Shown: positions 48,643 to 61,097 of the stretch, piece by piece
Numbering within the stretch: the first letter of the stretch is position 1
Layout of the letters: every line of letters starts with the position of its first letter
From: Marsupella aquatica
Lineage: Eukaryota; Plantae; Marchantiophyta
Assembly (NCBI GenBank): GCA_973895155.1
Contig: OZ316891.1
Location: 31,131,112 to 31,195,111, forward strand
Length of the DNA stretch: 64,000 nt
Reading direction: 5' to 3'
The notes under the pieces: model-generated
What the model saw: the letters and a program-made list of their open reading frames with translations, nothing else
What the model was told of the DNA's origin: nothing
Databases searched by the model: none
Program-made: the position numbers and the translations under genes

Positions 48643-49219
48643 TTGTCTATTTAATTACTATAGGGTTGAATACAAAAAAGATTGACACGCACCAGGGTGC
48701 GTGACCTACAATCATAGTAAGTACCACCCTTTAATTAGTTAGATTCTTTACAACAATTAATAGGATTGTTGTATATTACAATGTCTACTGGACATTCATT
48801 TGAATGTCAATAATATCATGCCTTAATATCACCAAACTAAGGCCCCACTAACTAATATTATATCTTAAATAAACTAACCAACTAACTAACTTGTCTATTT
48901 AATTACTATAGGGTTGAATACAGAAAAGATTGACACGCACCAGGGTGGGGGACCTACAATCATAGTATCACCCTTTAATTAGTTAGTTTCTATTGCTTTG
49001 ACTCAATCAGGCATGGAACCATATAAAATCAGAAATCATTGAAAGTTGAGTTCACTTGAAGGTGTAACTATAATTATTATTTATTAATAGGATTGTTGTA
49101 TATTACAATGTCTACTGGACATTCATTTGAATGTCAAAAATATCATGCCTTAATATCACCAAACTAAGGCCCCACTAACTAATATTATATCTTAAATAAA
49201 CTAACCAACTAACTAACTT
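48643..49219. repeat. ~248-bp tandem duplication (second copy has an ~80-bp insertion)
   Basis: ttgtctatttaattactatagggttgaatac...aactaactaactt at 48643 and 48891. Confidence 0.9.
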
Positions 49220-49317
49220 AAATAGACAATAATACTTGTCTAAACTTGAGTTCTCTGGCTACTACTATTCTGAGTTGCCTTTTAAACTGTATGCTAAACT
49301 ACATGCTTCATTAGTGT

Positions 49318-52300
49318 CTAGGATTTGTCACTTGCTATGCATGTCAAGAGATAGTCTCTTGCCTTGGCAGCAACATTCTTTGGAATTCCTACCAGCCCTG
49401 TCACTGGTCCTTTGCGTGCTTTGAAACACCACAAGGCAGAGAAAACATCTATTGTCTCAGCTTCCTTGTATATTGGAGTTGGATCACGTTCCCATTTCTT
49501 ATCCCAAGAATCTGCCCACTGCTCCCTTGGCTGCCAGTCTGATTGACCACGTTGCTTCTTTGCCATAAATGGTCTAAACCACTCAACGCCACATACATGA
49601 GTAAGAAGGTTTTGTTCATTCACTGGTCCTTCTACCACATCTGTAACAACTAACCCCATATGGACGGGATAAACATCCAGGTCTAAGTCGTCCGGCCGTA
49701 CCAACACATAACAGCCCTTCACAACATCAACCCTAGGGTTAAAACTCTCAGGAGGTTTATCTTTTGCTGGTCCCACATAATCCACTGTTGCCTCCAACTC
49801 ACATGCCACATTTCGATATTCTGGTGGAACGTGCTCTCTCCATATTGATAAAGGCCAAAACCCGTATTCCAAGTTGTGTGCACCTTCAGGTTCATATTGC
49901 ACCTGCTCACCCTGTAGAGTATCTACAATGTCATTCCAATAATTGATGAGAGTTGTCCAACGTCGCTTTGGTTCTTCCTCTTTTGTTCGCTTTAGAATAA
50001 ACTCAAAGAATGACACATGCTTCTTCAACCCTGTCAGCACTTCAGGAAGCATTTTCAACTCCATCATTGGTAGCCGTTTGGGCACCTCAATTGGGATGTG
50101 AGGACTTTTGTCATCTTTCCATGACCACATTTCAATACCTTCCTTGGGTAACCATCCCTGATCAGTTGACTTCATTTTGTATTGGAAGCATGGCATACTA
50201 TCATGACGAACATAGAACCTAAATAGCCTGGGTTTTAAATGCCCCACCAATGCCTCAGGGCCCTTCAACATGAATGGAGCTAAGTAGCTTTTGAAATCCG
50301 GGACCTCCTGTAGAAAATGTGGGACTGCATTGGGTGTCCTTGCTCTCATGAACAAGGACATTAACTCAGGCAATGAGTATGTGGGGTTATGCATCATAGA
50401 CTCTGAAAAATGCCCAAACATACCGTCAACATCCTCATGAGTATGCCCAACCACCATAAAACCAAGATGAACCTCTTCAAACACCTCCCTTGCTGTCAAC
50501 AATGACAAATAAGCCATCATATATCTGTTCTTGTTGTCTGAGGCACAATTATCCAGTTGTAACTTCAATACTCGTGGAAGGGGCCTGAACTTTGGTGCCT
50601 CAAGTGCTGCATCACAATGTAACAATCTCATAATGCTTTTAAATAAAACCCTAGTCAGACCCTAAACCCAATTTAGGGTTTAAACCCTATTAATGAAACC
50701 TTGGCTAGGAGGAGCAACAACTACACAAAGTAGAGTGTCAGTGTGTGTGAGCTTATATTATTAAATAATAATAAATTAAAGGATTGTGAGTAAAGTACCT
50801 AGGCTTGAGATGTAGGCAATGTCATCCTCAAATGCTCTAAGGACACTTGCCTCCAAGATATCTTTTCTCCCAAAAAGGAGGTCTTTAAAAAGACTTGTCG
50901 AGTCTGGCCCCTCCACAAGTGATTTGATCATTGGATTTGGGTTTTCCAACATCCTTAGTATTGAATCAATTGACCCAATAGTGATGTTGACATCATCTGG
51001 CCACACTCCAACATGATATTGGGCTATGGCCTTGGGACCATGACCATGAGTAAGGATACCAGTGACAGTAATTGGGAACTTTTGGGCACCATCCACATGC
51101 TTAGGATTGAAGGGCATTCTTGGGAGAGCTGTCTTTGAATGATCCATCTTATCATGAATAAGGCATAACACTTCCTTGGGACGATGGATGGACTCATATC
51201 TCCAGGTATGATAACACATTCTTTGTTGTGTGTGGTCTTGGTGATGTTCCTCCTCGTCACGCCTTAGGCCCTCTAACTCTTCCTTAGCTCCTGTAAGGTT
51301 TGCTTTCCATTGAAGCAACTCACTACAAGTTGTACACTTTGAAAAGTTGTTGCCCTTTTTGTGACGCGAGAACTCCCTGAAATACATCTGATGTAGATGA
51401 CTCAAGGTGGGTTGGGAAATTGGAGGAAGACCAGCCTCCTTGTTGACAACATTAACCCTGTTTCTAATATTCTCCCAAGTAAGATTCGTTGGCAATTCCC
51501 TCAAAACCATCCTTGTATTATCTGCCATGGTTCTCAACTTGGCTGGATGATGATCAGCTGTCTCCTCAATAATCTCTTTCATTGACATGAATGCTTGAGA
51601 TACTTTCTCGGACATACGCCTTTTTCCAACATTACCATGGGTACCTATGTTCATTCCAGCCATCACAGTCTTCTTCAAGGCATAAAATTGAGTCTTTCCT
51701 CTTGAATGAATGATTCTCCATGCCTCCAAGCACAATACTTTGCCTCCACTGCTAGAATCCTTTCTCCAGTACCCAAGTGTATTGTATTTTTAATAGCCTT
51801 GATTTCCTCCTCCTTGCGCTCCGCAAAAGATTTTGACCACCACTTTTGCCTAATTGCCATAGCCAAGTTGCGGTCCAAATATTGGCAACAATGTTCACTA
51901 CAACAGTCCTTAGTGTTTATCAACAACACATCTTGACGTGCCAAAGATGTGTCTCTTCTAGATGTCTGGGAAGATGGACTCTTTCTTTTCCTACTTTTAT
52001 GGACGTAGGACCGCTTGCCACTTGTTGGAGATGTGTTCCCTCCCACAGCTTGCCTGATGTTGTGGAAAGACAACAAGTTGCCATCCTTGGCAATGAGTTG
52101 GTCCATCGACCAAGCTTTTAAGCAATCTCTATGCTTCAGATGATCTATGGTAGCTCCCTCTACAAAATCGTTGATCAGAATTCCCACATGTGTATTCCCA
52201 AGGGTGACATCCCCAAGCTTCACTATAGGATCTAGAACATGTATAGTTGCCACTGCAAAAATCAACTTGTTCTCATCCACCACCTTTACAGGCATGCCCA

Positions 52301-52685
52301 TCCACAAGGCCTTTGGTAAAACTACTTCCACACCAGACCGACTCTCATTATGGTTGTTCCCATCAGAATTTTGATTGACTGGATCTTGATCATCACCAAC
52401 ATTTCCAAACACATCCTCCGATTCCATGGGAGCTCAAAAAAGCTGATTCCTTTCCCATACAAGGTAACCCCCAATCATGTCCTTCAAAAGTTTGCCATCT
52501 TCGCATAGAATGGCCTCGTCAAAAACTTCCTCCAATAGAAGAAGAACTCTGTCCGCCCCAAGAGGAACATTGTGACAAACCCTGGAAGGATCAAGACTTA
52601 TCACGCGACCTTTTCTAACCTGTTTCTCACGTATGCCTATAATAACTTGTCCGCCTTCCCTGATCCAGACTGTCGATGTCACCAT
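49318..52685 (-). pseudogene. Sola-like / DUF7869-type DDE transposase, disrupted
   Basis: FSKCTTC, H..DH..QR, LIHDKMDHSK..LP, LQLDNCASDNKN, FMVVGHTHEDVDGMF. In-frame TGA at 52434-52436, frameshift near 51735-51745, phase-compatible intron 50607-50798. Confidence 0.8.
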
Positions 52686-52755
52686 AATAATTATGATCCT
52701 GCACATCAGAGAATATCACTGTAAGCGTACAGTCCTGTCACGTCCGTCAACTTCA

Positions 52756-53390
52756 CTGCACTGTCCTGTCACGTCGGTCAACAAGCAAAATGTAGTCAAT
52801 GCACTGAACTGCACGCGACTGGTCGCGTGACCCTAGAGGTACCACACATACCGGCAACGACTACAATCGATTACGATCAATCATTTCACATCCACTCAGA
52901 AAAAATGAGTGGACAGTACCAGTTTACCAATGAGTGGACACTGGACAGTCAGTAACTACTGAGGACTGTAAGCAATAAGCGCCAGTAAAATGTCTGTGAA
53001 CTGCATTGTCCTGTCACGACCATCAACAAGTAAGCAGAATGAAGTCAATGCACTGTCCTGCACGCGACTAGTCACGTGACCTTAGTCAGAGGGTGTAGGG
53101 ATAATAGGGTCTACGACATAGAAGCTAGAAGCCTAGGCCCAAACTCTAGATCGTACTTGGTACTTCAGAAGTAAGATACGATTGCGCGTGAGACAATAAG
53201 ATACAATTACGGATCTGAAGGCATCACACATAGTTACCGGCAACAGATTATGCATGGTCAGTCAGTCATTTCAAGTGAATGAGAATGACTACAATCGATT
53301 ACGAACAATCATTTCAATTCCACTCAGAAAAAATGAGTGGACAGTACCAGTTTACCAATGAGTGGACACCGGACAGTCAGTAACTACTGA
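52756..53390. repeat. Patchwork duplication between the divergent genes, each copy with the 16-bp palindrome
   Basis: Blocks 52756-52835 / 53021-53085 and 52859-52962 / 53287-53390; palindromes at 52813 and 53062. Confidence 0.85.
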
Positions 53391-53706
53391 CCCTCATAAG
53401 CAATCTCAGTACTTCACTAGCAATCAGTATTCCCGGGGCGGTCGCCAAACGTGAAATTAAATGCAAAAATTGGAGGGCAACTGAACTTCCCGCCAATTCT
53501 AATACGCGCCAGTCAAACGCGCACTCTCTTCTAGAAACCACTATGTACAGTGACTAGTGGAGACTAAACAGTATAAAGCATTGAGATGATCCCTACTGCT
53601 CATTCCCCCACGAATTCCACTTTCTGGCTACTGGATAATCTATTCGCACATCAGCTCTCTCATTTCTAATTCTTAGTCTCGGTCCGCATCCCTTGTTTGA
53701 AGGGCG

Positions 53707-54250
53707 ATGACTACTCCGCTGAGCTCGAAGAATGAGGATTTTCCGACGGATGATTCAGAAGATTCGACGTATCGAATTCGTGGTACTCCTTACAAAACGT
53801 GTCAGCGATGTAATATAATGTTTACGGTGACTAAATCGGGTCAAATGTTTTGTGAGAGACGCCATTGTTCGCCACATTTGTCGATGGAAGATCAGATGGA
53901 GAGCAATCCGACAGAGATGACTACAAAGATGGCACCAAGGGAGAAGTTAAAGGGCAAAGCCCTCGTCGAATCCGTTTCAGGGGGGGGAGAAGTTGAAGGA
54001 CAAAGCATGCGTCGAATACATTTCGGGTGAAGCAGCAGCAGACGCTAACACAGTCAAGAAGGAGGCCAAGAAAGTGGACGCTCCGAAGAAAAGGCAATTA
54101 GAGATGAACGAAGATTCTGATTTGTATTACAGAAAGAGCAAGCCGAGAAAATCTATGGACGTTAGGACTTGGGCAAAGGAAGAATTCCTGGATTCAAGGG
54201 AATCCACACCAGACACCAATGAGTGGATGCCTTCATCTTGGAATGACTGA
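53707..54250 (+). pseudogene. Small Cys4-motif, charged protein, frameshifted in a G run
   Basis: CQRC..x..CERRHC; the repeat EKLKGKALVESVSG / KLKDKACVEYISG straddles the G run near 53980-53988; TATAAA near 53573. Confidence 0.45.
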
Positions 54251-54498
54251 CTCGATCGAAGTCTACAATATTTTGAGTATTCGAAGATTAGATCTACAGA
54301 TTCAAGAGTAGTTCAAGTTAGAACTTGTTATAGATACTGTGTAGCTTAATTTTGTCCCGTGGAAAATAGTGTTCGAAAGACCAGGTCAGTTAAATTCCTG
54401 GATAGTGCTAGTGGATATGGATTCCACATCCGAAGTCCTTCGGGATTGATGTAACCATTTTAGCAATCAAGGAAAAATCTTCCACGAGATTCCTCTGG

Positions 54499-55225
54499 CC
54501 TCTAAAACATTAACGCGACCAGGCGAAGACGTTGGTTTTAAATTAGATTGCTGGCCAATTCTCTGGGCTGTCGACTACAATAAACAATATAAAAAAGACC
54601 TGAGATAAATTGGTTCATGCGACTGTATGCGTGATGAAGTACATGTGTAACCAAAAAAAGAGGTCATCCAACTAACAAGTTGAGATCAGTCAAATCTAAG
54701 AAATAAAGCACGATTACGTTTAAGAGTGCAAAGCTTTCGATGACCTCTAAAACATTAACGCGACCGGGCGCGTCATGATACAAAGACGTTGGTTTTAGAA
54801 TAGATTTCTGGCCAATTTGCTAGGCTGTCGACTATAATAAACAATACATAAAAAACCTGAGATAAATTGGTTCACGCGACTTTGCGCGTGATGAACTACA
54901 TGTGTAACCGAAACAGGTCATCCAACTAACAATTTGAGATCAGTCAGATCTCAGAAATAAAGCGCGATTACGTTTAAGAGGGCAGAGCTTTCGATGACCT
55001 ATAAAACATTAACGCGACCGGGCGCGTGATGATACGAAGACGTTGGTTTTAGAATAGATTTCTGGCCAATTTTCTAGGCTATCGACAACAATATAAAAAA
55101 TACCTGAGATAAATTGGTTCACGCGACTGTGCGCGTGATGAACTACATGTGTAACTGAAAAATCAGGTCATCCTCCTAACTAGTTGAGATCAGTTGGATC
55201 TGAGAAATGGACCTTGATTACGTTT
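54499..55225. repeat. Three ~250-bp tandem units, each with up to two variant palindromes
   Basis: cct(c/a)taaaacattaacgcgacc... at about 54499, 54744 and 54998; variants ACGCGACCGGGCGCGT and ACGCGACT(T/G)TGCGCGT. Confidence 0.9.
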
Positions 55226-56746
55226 CGTTTCGCTACGCCGTCGACTACAATAAACAATACCAAAACGTATGGACAACTATAATTGAACGCCATACAATTT
55301 TAGACTAGAGAATTCATTCGGATCCTCTACTAGTACTTCTGATACATTGCTTCTATATTGGACTTGAAACACGGATTGATCAAAATCGGAGTGTGGAATT
55401 GGACCATAACTTCATTGACTCAATTCATGCATTGAATGCGTGATTTAAGGCAACTATCCTCCTCATTTATTGCGGAATTAATGCTGATTGATACTTACAA
55501 GCTATTCAGTTGCGTGTGGACTCAGCGATGTTGGCGGCAACCCTCCGATGTTGGCGGAAACCCTCCTCCCAGCAAAGCCTCTTCCTTCCAGCGTAGCCTC
55601 CTCCTCGTCCCAGCAAACTAATCCTCCTCCTTTGAACTCCAATTTCCTTGAGTATCGTGACCGAATCCCACCACCAGAGAATGAAACCTTGTTGATCGTA
55701 TCGAGATCAAAATCCTCGACCAGACAGTGATTTCAGACTAGCCGCACTTTGTTGGTCCGCTAGAATGCTTCGATGAATGAGGCAGACTGGAGGTTCTAAA
55801 TCTTTTGTCGTCCCGCTTGATCGGATGTGCCCTCCCCAAGAATGGGATACAATAAGAATTGCGCCAGCGTTGCTTGAATGAGCTCCGCCTCCGCCTGGAA
55901 TAGTCGAATGATCCAATCTGCTCCACCTCAAATGTGCCTTGGATCAGCCTCCGCTGAGAGCCCAGCTAGTATCCTGGTCAGGAGAAACTGAAAATGAAGA
56001 ATGATCCGTGAGCAATGAGATCAGTCTATTGACTCCATGAGGGATGTGTTCATCTTGACTCAATTTTGATTTTGAAAATTGGTTCAGTCTCCAGTCGTGA
56101 GAATCATTGTACAGGATTTGGCACGATAGCTTCTTGAGTTTTGAATTGAGTTGCTATTCAACGCGCGAATAATCATACGGATCCGGTGTTCTCCACTTCC
56201 AAAATGGATTGATTTTGAATATCGGTTCTCCCCGACCGTGAGAATCGTTTGACGTTGTTTAGAGTTTGGGTTTGAATTGGCAAGATAGAGAGTGGAGTAC
56301 GGATCCGGATCCGACGGTCTCCACTACCAAAATGGAATGATTTTGAAGTTCGCCTCACTCCGATCGTGAGAAACTTGTCGTTCGTTCAGATTTTGGATTT
56401 GAATTGGCAGATATAGTGAAGATACGGATCCGGATCCGGGGGTTTCCACTAACAATCTATCGCAGTCGCATAATTACCGGTTTAAATTTCAAATTGGCGA
56501 TCAAATAGAAATCTCCTTTACCGGAATCCTTTTGATTTTCCGTACTAATCTTTTTTTCATGATTGCATAGTTTGTTGAGTCGTTGGTGGAGTGTACGGAG
56601 ATCATCTGGAACCTTTCTGTCGCTAGGCTGTTATTAGGGTTATGCTAAAACGATACCCTAATTAGTCGTTCCTTAGTGTCGGCGCCCACGGTCTCGAGTT
56701 CACTGTTCATTGTTGTTGATTCTTGCTCCTAGACTTTTGCGCGCCT

Positions 56747-56940
56747 GCTCTCGTCGCTCTCGCTCTCGTCGCTCTCGCTCTCGTCGCTCTCGCTCTCGTC
56801 GCTCTCGCTCTCGTCGCTCTCGCTCTCGTCGCTCTCGCTCTCGTCGCTCTCGCTCTCGTCGCTCTCGCTCTCGTCGCTCTCGCTCTCGTCGCTCTCGCTC
56901 TCGTCGCTCTCGCTCTCATCGCTCTCGCTCTCGCTCTCGC
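56747..56940. repeat. 15-bp minisatellite (GCTCTCGTCGCTCTC), 11 perfect copies plus 1 variant and a GCTCTC tail
   Basis: Read directly from the sequence. Confidence 0.97.
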
Positions 56941-57620
56941 TCCTGCCCTAGATTTCATTTTCGTCATTGCAGCTCGTTCGTTGTGGTCAGGTGCTGGTCG
57001 GCGCGTTGCAGCTCTTAGTAGTTGTCGATCGTTTTGGTCAGGAGCTCGTTGGCGCGTTGCAGCTCGCATTTATAGCTCGTATTCACTTCTAGTTTGCTCG
57101 AAGGGATTCTTAGGAGCTCGTTGGGTTCGTTGCAGCTAGTTTGTTGGGAGTGTTCGTATCAGCTCATGTCAACCAATTTTAAGCTCATATCAGCTCGATC
57201 AACGTGTTTCAGCAGCTCGAACTACTTTTTGGCAGCTTGTTTCAGCTCCTTTCATTCATCATTCAGGTTTGTTTCAGCTCTTTCAATCTTCAGGTTTAGT
57301 GCGCTTTTATTCATGCTCAGTTTGTCTATTGACAGCTTTGATTGTACTTCAGGAATAGTCTTTTTAACTCGACATAATGAGTTCCATAGCATTAAGCACA
57401 TGTTATTCAATTGGCAGCAGCGAAGCTCTATATAGAAGCTGTGTTGTTGTTGCTTAGCATATTTACTTTCTGGAATGCCGCAGCAAGGTCTTCAAGTGCT
57501 TGGACGTCAATCTCTCAAACGATTACAACACTTTTTCAGAATTCAGGTGCAATTTCTACATTTTCTGCTGGTGTTGATTGTTGTTTGCTAAAATTTCTCT
57601 TGATTGTTGTTTGCTAAAAT
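56940..57620 (-). pseudogene. Decayed coiled-coil-like coding remnant
   Basis: Minus strand reads ..EVQSKLSIDKL..LKIERAETNLNDE*KELKQAAKK*FELLK..ELQRANELLTKTIDNY*ELQRAD.. with several stops, running into the minisatellite as (ERERR)n. Confidence 0.35.
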
Positions 57621-58103
57621 TTCTCTTGATTGTTAAGCTGAGTTTGTCTGTAAACTCAAATATGTCTGAATCATACAAACTCACTAATTAAAATACAACC
57701 TGAATTGTATTAAGTAAGTCATTACAAACCTGCACGCTGTGAAATTTAATCATATAAACTCTCATGTTATGTGAATCTCATTACACTGAATCATTTAATT
57801 GACGAATACAACCAGTAGACTGCTAAATTGAATCATCTTAGCTGAATCATTCTCTAAACTGAATTCCATGCAATCTGAAAACTTCTGATATATAATAGTT
57901 TCACAATGACAGAGCTCAAACATCTGAGTTATTGTAAAGTTCACGAATGAATACTAGTGTGCTTGAATCCATTCAATAAATGCATCATTGCACTTTTCTA
58001 GTTCAAAACCTCATGCTTACTCGGATTTCCCTGTCCGTACGGGTCAGTAATCACAGTTGTATCACTGTATTATCCTAGTGTCCAAAAGTGGTTTGAGCTG
58101 TTG

Positions 58104-59270
58104 ACGCGACCAGTCGCGTGAGAAGATTGTGAGGTTCCATTTTAGGGTCAGTTGACGCGACCAGTCGCGTCTGAGGGAGCTCTCTCATTGACTGGTTCCA
58201 TTAGAGGAGGTATGGTTCCATTTAGGACCAGTCGCGTGTGAAGGAGACAGGATAGATTATTGAGCGCGTTTAGGGTTTAGGGTTTAGGTTCAGTTGACGC
58301 GACCAGTCGCGTGTGAGGTAGCTCTCTCATTGACTTGTTCTGTTAGAGGTATGGTTCCATTTAGGATCAGTTGATGCGACCAGTCGCGTGTGAGAAGGAG
58401 AGGATAGATTATTGAGCGCGTACCATATCCAAATCTCCACAAGGAAGGTTCAGTTGATATAGTTGTTTAGGTTTAGTTGACACGACCAGTCGCGTGTGAG
58501 GTAGCTCTCTCATTGACTGGTTCTGTTAGAGGTATGGTTCCATTTAGGATCAGTTGACGCCACCAGTCGCGTGTGAGTAGGAAACAGGATAGATTATTGA
58601 GCGCGTATCATATCCAAATCTCCACAAGGAAGGTTCAGTGGATATAGTTGTTTAGGTTTAGTTGACGCGACCAGTCGCGTCTGAGGTAGGTCTCATTGAC
58701 TGGTTCTGTTAGAGGTATGGTTCCATTTAGGATCAGTTGACGCGACCAGTCGCGTCTGAGGTAGGTCTCATTGACTGGTTCTGTTAGAGGTATGGTTCCA
58801 TTTAGGATCAGTTGACGCGACCAGTCGCGTGTGAGAGGAGGATAGATTATTGAGCGAGTACCATATCCAAATCTCCACAAGGAAGGTTCAGTTGATATAG
58901 TTGTTTAGGTTCAGTTGACGTGACCAGTCGCGTGTGAGGTAGCTCTCTCATTGCCTGGTTCTGTTAGAGGAGGTAAGGTTCCATTTAGGATCAATTGACG
59001 CGACCAGTCGCGTGTGAGAAGGAAACAGGATAGATTATTGAGCGCGTATCATATCCAAATCTCCACAAGGGTGGTTCAATGGATATAGTTGTTTAGGTTT
59101 AGTTGACGCGACCAATCGCGTCTGAGGTAGTTCTGTTAGAGGTATGGTTCCATTTAGGATCAGTTGACGCGACCAGTCGCGTCTGATATAGCTCTCTCAT
59201 TGACTGGTTCACGTGACCCAAAAAATCACAATCTCCAAATGAATTGTTCAGTAGACGCGACCAGTCCATT
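58104..59270. repeat. Array of ~13 copies of the palindrome ACGCGAC-CA-GTCGCGT in composite ~75/105-bp units
   Basis: Copies start at 58104, 58155, 58297, 58374, 58480, 58557, 58665, 58740, 58815, 58918, 58998, 59106 and 59167, plus partial sites near 58226 and 59255. Confidence 0.95.
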
Positions 59271-59274
59271 TGGC

Positions 59275-59826
59275 ATGGGGGAACCTGGTCTGGAGAGCTT
59301 CAGATATCTATGCCCAATATTTGACGTTTTGGACAGAAGCCAAGATGGTCTACTGGCGGGATATTCTGTATTTGTTGAAAGACTACTACCTGGACTTCCA
59401 GATTTCATTGTCGCAGAATTGATATGGCCTCGCATCAAGGAGTCCTAGAATTCCTCGGCTAATGCAAGAAATTTCTCAATAAAGGAATTGGATGAGTTTG
59501 TAGGACTATCTTCGGTATGTCGCAGATGGCGCCACCTTGTTGGGAATACCTATCTTCTGGGTGTAATCAAGTTGAGTTTATTAGATTTGTCTTCCCCAGG
59601 AAATCCTAGTAAACCGATCCAAAATGAGTCTCTCTCATCGACAGTTCAAAGTTTCTTCCAGAAATACCCAAGAATTAAATTCATGGGGTCAATGTCCAGA
59701 GATCTAAGGGAACTCTTCACGAAGACTTACGATGCTCTTCACCCTCTTGAAAAATGGAAATTTATAGTCAGATGCCACGAAGTTGGATACCTTGAGGGTG
59801 ACATCTACGCTTTTAAGGAATTCTAG
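59275..59826 (+). pseudogene. Short F-box-like gene 1 (one in-frame TAG at 59446)
   Basis: LLPGLPDFIVAELIWP..insert..LSSVCRRWRHLV; ORFs 59164-59448 and 59488-59826 share a frame. Confidence 0.65.
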
Positions 59827-59890
59827 TTAACTTACGTGACCAAGCGCGTCGTATGTCTTTTAACAATGTTTTGTATATGATAAAAGCAGG

Positions 59891-60457
59891 ATGAGCCAAC
59901 TTTTGAATGCGGCTCGAGATTTCCTTTCATCTCATGAAAGGAAACAAAAAACAATATGGGATACGCTGGATGAAACCTCCTCTAGTCTCATTGGAGGAAT
60001 ACCAGATGTTTTGGTCATTTCAAACATTTGGCCAATACTCTACAAACACTTTATTTCAATTGAAGAAGTGCCTGGATATCGACACCCCGAGATTGATTTG
60101 GTTATGGATAGGGTCCGAGACCTTATTCGGCTTGGAGCTTGTAGCAAGAAGTGGAACTTTTTAGTTACAAATACAAGGTTATGGGCTATCCTCAAACAAG
60201 CAAACCGGATTGTCGATGTCGCAAATGATGCTCTTTACGACATACCCAAAACTGACGAGTTGGAGTTTGACTCAGTCTGTCGAGTTATTCGACAGGATAT
60301 TTCTATGCTTCCAGAAATATCTATTCTTGGGACTACTACTTCTGACAAAATCGCATTGTTTACCAACAAATATAACAATTTAGATGAGGAAGAACGAGAT
60401 GTCCTAATCGAAAGGTTTGGTAGATTTTCTCAGAATCTCGGTGGTCCCAGTTCTTAA
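59891..60457 (+). CDS. Short F-box-like gene 2 (188 aa)
   Basis: LIGGIPDVLVISNIWP..insert..LGACSKKWNFLV..LW. Confidence 0.7.
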   Translation: MSQLLNAARDFLSSHERKQKTIWDTLDETSSSLIGGIPDVLVISNIWPILYKHFISIEEVPGYRHPEIDLVMDRVRDLIRLGACSKKWNFLVTNTRLWAILKQANRIVDVANDALYDIPKTDELEFDSVCRVIRQDISMLPEISILGTTTSDKIALFTNKYNNLDEEERDVLIERFGRFSQNLGGPSS

Positions 60458-60491
60458 TTGATAGGTTCTTGTTCTTAATCTTTTCCATATT

Positions 60492-61022
60492 ATGTTGCAG
60501 TCCTTTGACATGAATCGAAAATCTCATCGTCAAATGATGATGGAGCGCATTGCACGTGCAAAAGTTATGAACCAAAATATGATATGGAGTCAAGCTGAAG
60601 ACCTGATACCCGGTCTTTCGGACGATATTGTCGAGAAATATATTTGGCCATTAGTCAAAGAGTTTTTCCACTGTCTTGGGAATTTGTCGGATAATGCGAT
60701 TAAAAATCGGGTCATGGACTTGATCGCCATTCGGACAGTCAGTAAGAAGTGGTGCCACATAGTTACTTATAGTAGTACTTGGGCGACGGTCACCTTGGTA
60801 GCTTACGACTTCACTGATAGACCAGGATATGAATCGCTTCGAAGGTATTTGACTTCACGGAATGTAGCATTCAGATTTACAGAATCCATCAGAACTCTCC
60901 CGCCGCTGGACATTCTGGGTGGATTTGTAGGATCTGAACTTGACACGTTTAGGAACCTTTGGTTTTGGTTAGATGAAGATGAGCGAAAGGATTGGGTCAG
61001 GGAAAACGTTCCTAAAATGTAA
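60492..61022 (+). CDS. Short F-box-like gene 3 (176 aa)
   Basis: LIPGLSDDIVEKYIWP..insert..IRTVSKKWCHIV..TW. Confidence 0.7.
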   Translation: MLQSFDMNRKSHRQMMMERIARAKVMNQNMIWSQAEDLIPGLSDDIVEKYIWPLVKEFFHCLGNLSDNAIKNRVMDLIAIRTVSKKWCHIVTYSSTWATVTLVAYDFTDRPGYESLRRYLTSRNVAFRFTESIRTLPPLDILGGFVGSELDTFRNLWFWLDEDERKDWVRENVPKM

Positions 61023-61097
61023 TTCGGCACGACGCGACCATGCGCGTGTTAGTATTTTATAATAAACGTTTAACTTTCAATATTTGTCTGTTTCAGA

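Noticed and set aside
56707-57139. SR-protein, membrane protein or RARAT ORFs
   Set aside because: They are translations of the stop-free 15-bp minisatellite, with no RRM or other domain.
58269-58288. True telomere or chromosome fusion site
   Set aside because: Fewer than three repeat units, embedded in a tandem array.
58104-59270. CRISPR-like array of palindromic repeats
   Set aside because: The spacers are themselves repeated (alternating ~75 and ~105-bp units), there are no cas genes, and the context is eukaryotic.
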